Below, in pieces: positions 18,320-26,744 of a stretch of 48,821 nt of DNA. The notes under the pieces are model-generated. The model made no database searches and was not told the DNA's origin. It saw only the letters and a program-made list of their open reading frames with translations. Positions within the stretch are counted from its first letter, which is position 1, and each line of letters starts with the position of its first letter. The position numbers and the translations under genes were made by a program. The DNA is from Minisyncoccota bacterium (GTDB taxonomy: Bacteria; Patescibacteriota; Minisyncoccia; Phycocordibacterales; UBA9973): positions 1 to 48,821 of the forward strand of contig DALYDA010000003.1 of the NCBI GenBank assembly GCA_031973435.1, read 5' to 3'.

Positions 18320-19228
18320 ATGGGAATAGAAGATATGGCAAACGCAAAAGCTATCGAATCCATGGAAAAGAACAATGATGTTGCTGGTCTTGAAGCGTTT
18401 AAGTTGGGGGAATCTCCTGATTCTAATGTTGCTAAATGGGCAGAAAATGCATTGAAGCGCATTAGGGAACAAGCTGAAAATAGCTCGGCTACACCTGAAT
18501 ATCAGACAACATCAATTGAAAAATATGGTGGCTCAAATGAGGAAATTCAAAAAAGAACGGAAGGAGTGGATAGTGAGATAGAATTAGTTAAAACTGAAAC
18601 AGAAGATAAACTTAAAAGGATAAATGAGGAAAATATTGAAGATGTTCCTTATGAGGAAGTAAAAGATACAGAAAAAAATTTAAGTAATTTAGAAAAGCCA
18701 GCCGAGAAAATAGAAGGTGAAAAAACTGAAATCAAAGAAGAAACAATAAAATCTTCCGAAATTACAAAGGAGAAACCCTTACAACCAGGTGATGAAATTT
18801 TCAAAGATGGAAAATTCTTTAAAATAACTGATATTAGCGTTCCATCGCCTGAAGAGAAAGAATTTAAGTGGGGAGCAGAAAAACCTAATAGAGACAGAGA
18901 ATTCAGCGAAATGTCGAAGCTATCATTTGACATGGATCTTTTGGAAGAAAGAAAAAAATTCGATGAACAGAAAAAACAAGAATTTGAAAAACGAAATGGG
19001 CAAAAAATAAGTGCGATAATTAAAGGTGGCAAGGGTACGATTGCACAAGAAACAATTGAACTTGATCCAGAAAATGTTATAAGAATTGATAACGCTGAAC
19101 AAAGAGAAAAAATTGTACAAATGCAAAAAGAAATGGAAGAAACTGAAAACAGAGCAGCAAATTTCGCTGGTCTGGGAAAGGAAAAAAAGTTGGTAGACAA
19201 AATAATAGGGCATCCAGGGAAATTCTAA
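18320..19228 (+). CDS. highly charged (E/K-rich) hypothetical protein, 302 aa
   Basis: In-frame ATG at 18320 (MGIEDMANAK), 5 nt after the upstream stop. The ORF-track start at 18269 would overlap the upstream gene. Low-complexity acidic/lysine-rich sequence. Confidence 0.6.
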   Translation: MGIEDMANAKAIESMEKNNDVAGLEAFKLGESPDSNVAKWAENALKRIREQAENSSATPEYQTTSIEKYGGSNEEIQKRTEGVDSEIELVKTETEDKLKRINEENIEDVPYEEVKDTEKNLSNLEKPAEKIEGEKTEIKEETIKSSEITKEKPLQPGDEIFKDGKFFKITDISVPSPEEKEFKWGAEKPNRDREFSEMSKLSFDMDLLEERKKFDEQKKQEFEKRNGQKISAIIKGGKGTIAQETIELDPENVIRIDNAEQREKIVQMQKEMEETENRAANFAGLGKEKKLVDKIIGHPGKF

Positions 19229-19320
19229 CTACTGGAACTAGTGGGAGCAAAATTCATGCGCGCATGGGTGGGTAAAGTGTCCGCGTGTACTCACGCGGAC
19301 ACAGGGGCAAGCATGAATAT

Positions 19321-19346
19321 TCCGCCTCAGGCATTTCCGCTAGGGC
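19321..19346. repeat. 26-bp inverted repeat, left arm
   Basis: TCCGCCTCAGGCATTTCCGCTAGGGC is the exact reverse complement of 19661..19686. Confidence 0.9.
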
Positions 19347-19660
19347 GTCCATGACTAAAGGATGAGCGCCGCCGTAATAAGCAAAATAAAACTCTAAAAT
19401 AAAAATAAACTCGGATATGAAAACGAGGAGAGGGGTTGTGCGAGGGCGGACTCCGAAGGCACTCTCAACGAAGCCACAAAGCGTAACATAAAGATAAAAG
19501 TAATAAAGCACTGAATACTCAAACTAACATCTGCGAGGAGGAGACCGAAGCTGGGGAGAGGATTCCTTCCTCTCCCCAAACAGCTGTCCTGCCCGAGCAC
19601 GCGCTCGCAAGCGCGGAATGCGAGGAGAAAGCAGGACACCTAGTAATCTAGGCGCGAGTA

Positions 19661-19686
19661 GCCCTAGCGGAAATGCCTGAGGCGGA
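19661..19686. repeat. 26-bp inverted repeat, right arm
   Basis: GCCCTAGCGGAAATGCCTGAGGCGGA is the exact reverse complement of 19321..19346. The arms are 314 bp apart. Confidence 0.9.
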
Positions 19687-19770
19687 TGCCGAATGGTGGA
19701 TCTCTTTAGACTTGGACGATCAAAATGGTAGAATGACTGAGACAATATTGAATTTGTATTTTCTGTTTTT

Positions 19771-19979
19771 TGTCCGCCCCGAATTCCGCAAAGAAATGCT
19801 GGAGCGAATCCCGTCCGCATTCCTCCCCAGACCCCTCCTGCGGGCGGGAAAAGACATTAGCCGAGGCAGGGCGAATCCATATCCCCAGAAAATTGTTTCG
19901 CCCTGCCGAGTCCATTTTTAGATTTCTTCGTTAGGATTATCAGCAAAATACATTCGAACTTTGTCTAATATGCACCGCA
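19771..19979. repeat. IR-B right copy (209 bp)
   Basis: Exact reverse complement of 17639..17847. Ends with CCGCA. Confidence 0.95.
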
Positions 19980-20011
19980 GAAAATAATAGTATCGGTATG
20001 ACCATATAAAA

Positions 20012-20560
20012 ATGAACGAAGAATTTATTATAAATCTTATAAAAAAAGATCCTTGGCGAATGGAAGTTCTTGAAGCCGTTTGCTCTTTAAACCTTCCTGA
20101 TTGGTTAATAGGTGCCGGTTTTGTTCGTAATCTTGTTTGGGATGAGTTGCACAATTTTGAAAATCAAAGTCCCATTACTGATATTGATATTGCTTATTTT
20201 GATCCCAATGATTTATCTGAAGAATCTGAAAGTAGCTACCAAGAAATGCTCTCAAAAAAGCTTGTTGCTGATTGGTCTGTCACCAATCAAGCAAGAATGG
20301 CCAAGATAAATAATCAAAGTGTGAGCTATCTTTCAACAGAAGACGCGATTGCACATTGGCCCGAAACAGCGACGGCAGTCGGCATAACTATGCTCCCAGA
20401 CAACTCCTTAAAAGTTATTGCACCGCATGGTCTAGAGGATTTATTTTCCCTAAAACTAAGAATGTCACCTGATTTTGGCGACGGGCCCGACGCTTTCTTT
20501 GATCGGGTAAAGAAGAAACAGTGGCTTACAAAGTGGCCCAAACTACAAATTATTGAATAA
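20012..20560 (+). CDS. nucleotidyltransferase family protein (DUF925/NTP_transf_6-like)
   Basis: The N-terminal block LPDWLIGAGFVRNLVWD...DIDIAYFD resembles this family as I remember it. Confidence 0.65.
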   Translation: MNEEFIINLIKKDPWRMEVLEAVCSLNLPDWLIGAGFVRNLVWDELHNFENQSPITDIDIAYFDPNDLSEESESSYQEMLSKKLVADWSVTNQARMAKINNQSVSYLSTEDAIAHWPETATAVGITMLPDNSLKVIAPHGLEDLFSLKLRMSPDFGDGPDAFFDRVKKKQWLTKWPKLQIIE

Positions 20561-20652
20561 GACCCACATATCTAATTTGAAAATTAATCTTTCTAATCTA
20601 AGAGCTAGGGCCAATCTTAGACATTCTCCTCCATATAGGGGATAATGGATAC

Positions 20653-21420
20653 ATGAGTCAGGTTCACCCAATAAAACGAGTAACTCTCTATATAGTCTTG
20701 ATATCCTTTGTCGCTATCGCGATATACGGATATTTTGGCATAACAAAAGTAGAAGAAGTCTCAGTTTTGGACACAGGCACGGAAGTAGTTCCTGCAAACA
20801 CGAAGATTACTTATAAAACCGAATCTGTTTTTCAGGAAGAAGATAGTTATGTAATCGATATAAAATACCCAGTTGTAGATGGTGGAGCAAGTATAACCGC
20901 GCTCAACTCCATGAATCTTTCTATTTTTTCTGAAGTTGAGGATATAAAAAATGATTTTTTCGGGGCAGTAAACAATGAAGAGATTTTTTCTGATAATAAA
21001 AATACTTTGCTAGTTTTGGTAAACGAAGTGAGTGAGACAGACCAGTATGTAAACATTGCATTGTCTGCATCTGTATATCAAAGTGGAGCGGCACATCCAT
21101 ACAGTTATATCCGAGTTTTGAATTTCGAGAAGCAAAGCGGAGAAAGGGTTTATCTTTCAGATTTTTTTGAAAATGGAAACTTGTATTTGCTAGATGTTTC
21201 GAGTATCGCAATACCGAAACTAGACGCGTATTTTAAAGAGCATGAAATAACGGACTGGTTCAAAGAAGGGGCGGATCCAATGATAGAAAATTATGACAAC
21301 TTTTTTATCCGTGAAGAGGGGATAGAGTTTGTCTTCGATCCGTACCAAGTTGCTCCATACGCCTTTGGAGATGTAAGGATATCTATACTATATAGCGAAT
21401 TACCAAATATCTCTGTTTAA
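20653..21420 (+). CDS. anchored DUF4163/DUF3298-like protein (RsiV/PdaC C-terminal type)
   Basis: N-terminal TM helix. C-terminal FDPYQVAPYAFGDVRISI is typical of DUF3298. Confidence 0.65.
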   Translation: MSQVHPIKRVTLYIVLISFVAIAIYGYFGITKVEEVSVLDTGTEVVPANTKITYKTESVFQEEDSYVIDIKYPVVDGGASITALNSMNLSIFSEVEDIKNDFFGAVNNEEIFSDNKNTLLVLVNEVSETDQYVNIALSASVYQSGAAHPYSYIRVLNFEKQSGERVYLSDFFENGNLYLLDVSSIAIPKLDAYFKEHEITDWFKEGADPMIENYDNFFIREEGIEFVFDPYQVAPYAFGDVRISILYSELPNISV

Positions 21421-21552
21421 AGCAGAATCAAGCAATTTTTTAGAAGAATAATCAAAAATATAAAGGCAATTGTTGGAATTGTTAAGAAATATAACATGCT
21501 TCCATTTTAAGAATTTAAATTTCCAATAAACTGATTTATCTACAAATAATAA

Positions 21553-21596
21553 AACACTGCAACAAGTAATACTTGTGCAGTGTTGTCTCTTTTTAA
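21553..21596. terminator. bidirectional hairpin terminator between convergent genes
   Basis: AACACTGCAACAAGT-AAT-ACTTGTGCAGTGTT (one bulge), with T-runs on both sides. Confidence 0.7.
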
Positions 21597-21616
21597 TATT
21601 TACTAAACGAGTCAGG

Positions 21617-23092
21617 TTACTTAAAGTACAATATTGCAAACAGTGCTGCGCTTGTTAGCGTCACCAAAAAGGGAAACGCCAACTTCATCATTTTTACATA
21701 ATCTAACCGGAGACTTGCTGCCAACGGTGACATGATGATAAAGATGAACGCAGCTTGTCCGTTCGGAGTACCAATACTTGGAATATTCGTCCCGGCATTG
21801 ACAGACTTTATGAGCAATTCGAAATGCTCTTTACTGATCTGTCCTGCTTCGTATGCTTCCTTAATTGCTGGTATGTGGGTTAGTGCAACAAATACATTGT
21901 CACTCACCACAGAAAGTATTCCAGACGTTCCAAACAAATATGCAGGTTGCAGGTTTTGAGGTTGCGTGAGGACCCAAGCAATGATGGGATTAAAGATACC
22001 TTGTTGTGCTATTGCTCCAACAACAATAAAGAAAGTCATGAGCAAAGCAACAAAGCCCAAGGCATCGTGGAAACTTCTAGCGACATCATGCTCTTTGGTT
22101 TTGCCACTAATGATTGCGTTTAGGATTATTATCCCTGTCGCGATGATCGGTGGTTCTGCGATGTGATATCTCAGGCCAACAATCAACAATAAAAAAGAAA
22201 TCCCTTGTGCAAATATAGACACAGTTTCTTGAGAGGTTCTTCTCTTGGTCATGTAAGTGTCGTATTCTGTCAGAATATGTCTGGCAGATGACGGCATTTT
22301 TACTGAATAACCAAACCAGCCTACTTTTTCAAGTAATATGACTGTTGCCACTCCAGCAACATTTACACAAATCGTTACCCATTTCATCTGTGAGACGAAA
22401 GTTACAAAATCCCACCCAGCTGCTTCAGCAAGGGGAACATTTTGAGGTTCTCCTATTTTCGTTGCGATACCACCAGCAACGGTGCCTATTGCAGCATACA
22501 TAAGCAAGTTGATCAGAAAGTTGCGGAACTGTGTAAGATCATTGTGTAGTTCACTCTGGATAACAGTGTCATCGTCGTGGTGATCATCATCATAATTTTT
22601 TCCAGACTGAACTTTGTGGTAAACCATGTACATGGCACCTATCATAGTAAGTACTGACGCCATAACAGTGAGAGCGTCTGAAAAAGCAGACATGAATGAC
22701 CCAAAAATAAAAAACAAAACTGAAAGCAGTACTTTGTTTTTTACATGGAGTAAAGTTTTAGTGAACACAAAACTCAAAAAGTCTGCCAAGAAATGCACAG
22801 CTGCAACCATAAACAATACTAGAAGTAGTACGTTTACATTGCTGTGAAGTTCGTGATAAACGGTATGAGTGTCTACCATTTTTATCACTATTGCTTCAAC
22901 AGCAAGGATGCCTCCCGTAATGAACGGGTAAGCTTTAGTTGTCTGACTCAGACAGAAAATAAATTCTGCCAATAAAAGCCAAACTCCCACTTGTTGATTT
23001 ATACCGAACACTATCGGGTTAATGACCAAAAAGGCCAAAATGGTTTTTTTGAGCCACGTCGGCATGTGACCCATAAGGTTGATTGTCCTCAT
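21617..23092 (-). CDS. nhaB: Na+/H+ antiporter NhaB
   Basis: The N-terminal region (VINPIVF...WLLLAEFIF...YPFITGGILAVEAIVI...FMSAFSDALTVMA) parallels E. coli NhaB as I recall it. ~490-aa polytopic protein. Confidence 0.8.
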   Translation of the reverse strand: MRTINLMGHMPTWLKKTILAFLVINPIVFGINQQVGVWLLLAEFIFCLSQTTKAYPFITGGILAVEAIVIKMVDTHTVYHELHSNVNVLLLVLFMVAAVHFLADFLSFVFTKTLLHVKNKVLLSVLFFIFGSFMSAFSDALTVMASVLTMIGAMYMVYHKVQSGKNYDDDHHDDDTVIQSELHNDLTQFRNFLINLLMYAAIGTVAGGIATKIGEPQNVPLAEAAGWDFVTFVSQMKWVTICVNVAGVATVILLEKVGWFGYSVKMPSSARHILTEYDTYMTKRRTSQETVSIFAQGISFLLLIVGLRYHIAEPPIIATGIIILNAIISGKTKEHDVARSFHDALGFVALLMTFFIVVGAIAQQGIFNPIIAWVLTQPQNLQPAYLFGTSGILSVVSDNVFVALTHIPAIKEAYEAGQISKEHFELLIKSVNAGTNIPSIGTPNGQAAFIFIIMSPLAASLRLDYVKMMKLAFPFLVTLTSAALFAILYFK

Positions 23093-23488
23093 ACTCTATC
23101 GTTTTTGTTTTTTGTACCGTGTTTTGCGCATCATGCAAGGAAACACGGCATCCTTCTTCTTGGTGTGTCATGCCTGAGAGACGGCAGAGTTTTAACGAGT
23201 TTCTATCTCGAGCAATAATTATTGCTTTGTTTTATTTTTACCTCATCCGCCATCACTACGAGGGTGAGGCCAGAAAATCAATCTTTTTAATAATTTTCTC
23301 ACTAAACGGTTTTTAGATGGTTAAAATATCCCTGACTGTGTTGTCAAAGAAAAATCTTTTGGGTTTTTATACCACAAAAAAGTGGCAAAGTCTAGCATTA
23401 TATGAAATCTCATAACTTCAAATATTGATTTGATTATCTGTGATGCATTTCGACAATACGGTCTCTTTAATGTAGAATAAGACAATCT

Positions 23489-24781
23489 ATGATGTTGCCA
23501 GAAAGAAAAAAAGTGGAAAAACCACATATCGTTATACTTGGGGCAGGTTTTGGTGGAGTGTACACTTACAGGAGACTAATGAAACTTCTGGGCGATAAAG
23601 TCAGATTTACCATAGTAAGTCCTGATAACTATTTTCTATTTACACCACTCCTTCACGAAGTTGCTACTGGGTCTCTTGAAGCAAATCACATAGTCGAACC
23701 ACTCCGACTCATAACCGAGTATTCTTGTACGAAGATAATCCCTGCAAAAGCAGAGTCGATAGACATAAAAGATAGATCAATAAATATCCCGTCTGGTAAG
23801 ATAAATTTCGATTACCTTGTTTGTGCTACTGGTGCCAAGACAAACTTTTATAATGTCTTGGGGGCAGAGCAAAATTCTTTTGTGCTCAAAAGTCTGGCAG
23901 ATGCAGTAAAGCTTCGTGAACACTTCATAACTATGTTTGAAGAAGCTTCACACTCTACACACAAGCAAACCAAGGAAGCGCTACTTACTTTTGTTATTGT
24001 AGGAGGTGGGCCAACAGGAGTGGAGCTCGCAACTGAGATCTCTGACCTTTGCTACGACACATTTCTAGAATATTATCATGGTCAACTTCTCCATAACGAT
24101 ATAGAGATAATACTCGTTTCATCATCTCCAGACGTGGTCCCACAATTTCACGAAAAGGTAAGAGAAAAAACAAAGCAAGGCTTGCATAGAAAAGGCGTGC
24201 GGATACTACTCTCTTCTTCTGTGGGGAAGGTGGATGAACATGGTGTAGTGCTCGTAGACGGTTCACATATAGAATCTAGAACAGTCATCTGGACTGCAGG
24301 TGTCTGTCCCAATACTCCAGTTTTCGAGGGTGATATAAAGCCTGAGATTGTAGGTGGCAGGGTTGTTGTTGGAGAAAAGCTTTCAATAAAAGAGGATGAA
24401 AATATTTTCTTTATTGGGGACGTAGCGTGTGCATTAAATAGTGATGGTAAGCCTTTGCCCATGCTCGCTCAGGTCGCTGTACAACAAGCAACATACGTAG
24501 GGGACGCAATATACAAAAGTATTTTGGGAAAAGACAGTGAAAACATTTTTAAATATAAAAACAAAGGAGAGTTGCTTTCATTAGGGGAATGGCATGCTGC
24601 AGGTAGAGTATACGGCGTAACGATATGGGGACCTCTCGCATGGTTTATGTGGAGAACGATTTACCTTTTCAAGTTTATTTCAAAATCAAAAAGACTAAAG
24701 ATTGCCCTCGACTGGACTGTAAACATATTTGTTCCACGAGATATTACAAAAATATCTATGCACAAACATCATGAAGGATGA
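23489..24781 (+). CDS. ndh: type II NADH dehydrogenase-like FAD/NAD(P) oxidoreductase
   Basis: Two dinucleotide-binding motifs (IVILGAGFGG and VIVGGGPTGVE) and the FFIGDVA motif. Confidence 0.8.
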   Translation: MMLPERKKVEKPHIVILGAGFGGVYTYRRLMKLLGDKVRFTIVSPDNYFLFTPLLHEVATGSLEANHIVEPLRLITEYSCTKIIPAKAESIDIKDRSINIPSGKINFDYLVCATGAKTNFYNVLGAEQNSFVLKSLADAVKLREHFITMFEEASHSTHKQTKEALLTFVIVGGGPTGVELATEISDLCYDTFLEYYHGQLLHNDIEIILVSSSPDVVPQFHEKVREKTKQGLHRKGVRILLSSSVGKVDEHGVVLVDGSHIESRTVIWTAGVCPNTPVFEGDIKPEIVGGRVVVGEKLSIKEDENIFFIGDVACALNSDGKPLPMLAQVAVQQATYVGDAIYKSILGKDSENIFKYKNKGELLSLGEWHAAGRVYGVTIWGPLAWFMWRTIYLFKFISKSKRLKIALDWTVNIFVPRDITKISMHKHHEG

Positions 24782-25172
24782 TGACATAAAGAAAAGGTTG
24801 TCCGAGGAAGAATATAGGGTGACACAACATGGTGGTACTGAGACCCCGTTTGAAAACAAATATTGGGACAATAGAGAGGATGGAACGTATCGCTGTCTTG
24901 TTTGTGGGCAAAAGTTGTTTGAATCAAATACAAAACTAGACACATCTATCGGTCCCATGGGACTTCGTGGATGGCCAGCATTTGAAAATGCAGTGGAGGG
25001 TAGTGTGGCTTACAAAGAGGACAATAGTGGAGGTATGTCTAGAACAGAAGTTGTGTGCTCGTCATGCGGTTCTCACTTGGGTCATATATTTGATGATCCA
25101 CACTCACCTTCGGGAAAGCACTTTTGCGTGAACTCTTGTTCGTTAGATTTTGACCAGAAAGCGGACAAATAA
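24771..25172 (+). CDS. msrB: peptide-methionine (R)-S-oxide reductase MsrB
   Basis: Zn-binding CxxC pairs (CLVCGQ, CSSCGSHLGHIF) and the catalytic-Cys region HFCVNS. ATG at 24771 overlaps the ndh stop by 11 nt (24771-24781). Confidence 0.85.
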   Translation: MKDDDIKKRLSEEEYRVTQHGGTETPFENKYWDNREDGTYRCLVCGQKLFESNTKLDTSIGPMGLRGWPAFENAVEGSVAYKEDNSGGMSRTEVVCSSCGSHLGHIFDDPHSPSGKHFCVNSCSLDFDQKADK

Positions 25173-25265
25173 AAAAGATTTATAGAAGATCATTTACGTA
25201 GTATAATAGAGAGGTATTAGTAGTTAATTATTATTAACTCCGCCTTGCGGAGAAAACAAGATATT

Positions 25266-25772
25266 ATGAAGATGAAATATTGTAATTGTGGAAGTACAGG
25301 GCTTTTGCTTCTCCGCCTAGGTGTAGCCGCTATATTTATTTACCACGGTATAAACAAACTTATGGATATGGAGGGCACAATAGCATTTTTTGGGATGCTT
25401 GGAGTTAGTGCGTTCTTCGCATGGGTAGTAGCAATAGTTGAAACACTCGGAGGATTCTTGATGTTCCTAGGTATATTTACTAGATACACTGGGTTCGTCC
25501 TAGCTATCGTTATGGTGTTCTCTATAATCCTAGTGAAAGGAAAGATGGGATTCCAAGCATCTGAGATAGACATAATGCTCTTCGCTGCATCACTCGCTGT
25601 TGCAACACTCGGAGCTGGAAAGTACTCTATGTCCAGTATGTGTAAGTGTGGTGGAACATGTGCTGTTTGCAAGCACGATGGTTGTGGATGTGGTGATTGT
25701 GAAGGTGGAAAATGTGACGGATGTGACACATGCAAGACAAATGGTACTTGTACTGGACACGAAACAAAATAA
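25266..25772 (+). CDS. DoxX-family membrane protein with a Cys-rich C-terminal tail
   Basis: DoxX-like 4-TM core (LLLLRLGVAAIFIYHGINKL...). The ~45-aa tail carries ~15 Cys (CKCGGTCAVCKHDGCGCGDCEGGKCDGCDTCKTNGTC). Confidence 0.75.
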   Translation: MKMKYCNCGSTGLLLLRLGVAAIFIYHGINKLMDMEGTIAFFGMLGVSAFFAWVVAIVETLGGFLMFLGIFTRYTGFVLAIVMVFSIILVKGKMGFQASEIDIMLFAASLAVATLGAGKYSMSSMCKCGGTCAVCKHDGCGCGDCEGGKCDGCDTCKTNGTCTGHETK

Positions 25773-25783
25773 TCTTTAAAAAA

Positions 25784-25830
25784 ACACCCCGTGAGATAGA
25801 TCGTATGCTCGACATCTCACGGGGTGTTTT
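25784..25830 (+). terminator. rho-independent terminator after the DoxX gene
   Basis: 14-bp stem ACACCCCGTGAGAT/ATCTCACGGGGTGT followed by TTT. Confidence 0.8.
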
Positions 25831-25876
25831 GTATTGTTTACATTAGTCTAGATAAGAGTACAATCACTGTATAAGC

Positions 25877-26671
25877 ATGCATATAAACGGAAAAATATTG
25901 GAGAGAGATCTCAAGATCGGAATAATCTCGATATTTGTGTTACTGCTCATTTTGCACCTTTTAGACATACGCCAAAATACGGAGACAGTTTTAGATGTTG
26001 TACACGAACCCTATGTAGCACAAGTTTTAGTTTCTGTACCACCTAATGTTAAAAAAATCTCATGTCCAAGTCCATTTGGCGAGGATGATATTTACAAAAT
26101 AGTAAGTAAGGAAGAATCGCTTGGAGAGTACTTTGTACCAGAAGATTTGGAATTGGTTAGTAACGACATAAGCAGAAATGCAAATATTTGTCTAAAGAGT
26201 ATTGCCCTCGATAATCTTGAAAGGATGTTCTTAGACGCAAGTCTCGCTGGTTACGAACTAGAAGTCACATCTGCGTTTAGATCGTATTCATATCAAGGTT
26301 TTCTTTTCAATATGTATTTTGCAAGAGACGGTGAAGATGCTAGAAGATATAGTGCAGAACCCGGTCATTCAGAGCATCAGCTCGGTACGACTGTCGACAT
26401 AACTGCAAAAGGATTGCCTTCAACTTACCACTTTTTTCACACCACTGAGGAGGGGAAGTGGGTTTTGGATCACGCACATGAGTACGGTTTCGTAATGAGT
26501 TATCCTGAGGGAGGCGAGGACGTAACAGGATATATGTTCGAGCCATGGCACTATCGTTATGTAGGAGTTGATATAGCAAAATCTGTGTATGAATCGAATA
26601 CAACACTATACGAATACCTATTCGAAAAGAAAGAAATTATAGATCCTGAAATAGTGGTAGATAATTTCTAA
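25877..26671 (+). CDS. M15B (VanY-like) D-alanyl-D-alanine carboxypeptidase
   Basis: SAFRSYSYQ, SEHQLGTTVDI and EPWHYRYVG are the M15 zinc/catalytic motifs. N-terminal anchor present. Confidence 0.85.
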   Translation: MHINGKILERDLKIGIISIFVLLLILHLLDIRQNTETVLDVVHEPYVAQVLVSVPPNVKKISCPSPFGEDDIYKIVSKEESLGEYFVPEDLELVSNDISRNANICLKSIALDNLERMFLDASLAGYELEVTSAFRSYSYQGFLFNMYFARDGEDARRYSAEPGHSEHQLGTTVDITAKGLPSTYHFFHTTEEGKWVLDHAHEYGFVMSYPEGGEDVTGYMFEPWHYRYVGVDIAKSVYESNTTLYEYLFEKKEIIDPEIVVDNF

Positions 26672-26744
26672 TTTGCTTTATGTATGCTAGATAGAAATCT
26701 TGTCATATTTCAAATCAAAGATTTGTAGAGTAATATATACCTAT

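Larger units (their letters stand above)
19229..19770. ncRNA. GC-rich, heavily self-complementary non-coding block; candidate structured RNA of unknown class, strand undetermined
   Basis: No credible CDS. Perfect local hairpins: GTGTCCGCG/CGCGGACAC, GGGGAGAGGA/TCCTCTCCCC, CCTAG-TAAT-CTAGG, ATTCATGC/GCATGAAT, GTCCTGC/GCAGGAC. Also a 26-nt long-range complement. AT-rich islands lie between the GC-rich stems. Confidence 0.45.
16006..19979. mobile_element. 3,974-bp integrative, possibly invertible element at the tRNA-Ser 3' end (serine recombinase, XRE operon, GC-rich non-coding block)
   Basis: Bounded by CCGCA at 16006-16010 and 19975-19979. Carries nested perfect inverted repeats (listed separately) and a large serine recombinase. 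Its non-coding parts are visibly GC-richer than the flanking DNA. Confidence 0.8.

Noticed and set aside
18649-19213. Minus-strand ORFs 18649..19200 and 18923..19213 (183 and 96 aa).
   Set aside because: They are Ser/Phe-rich mirror frames of the E/K-rich plus-strand gene, a typical low-complexity antisense artefact.
19229-19770. Possible RNase P RNA or tmRNA identity for the GC-rich block.
   Set aside because: GGGTGGGTAAAG-hairpin-AGGGGCAAGC loosely recalls the RNase P specificity domain, and GAGGAGAAAGCAGGAC recalls the P4 strand. However, the P4-like strands are in the wrong order, lie only ~30 nt apart, and lack ACAGAA..CCGGCTTA. No tRNA-like 3' end or tag ORF for a tmRNA is present. The class remains unassigned pending a covariance-model search.
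19254-19820. Minus-strand ORFs 19254..19511, 19394..19639 and 19524..19820 in the GC-rich block.
   Set aside because: They overlap one another in different frames, are Arg/Pro/Ser/Leu-rich as expected from GC-rich non-coding DNA, and cut across perfect hairpins.
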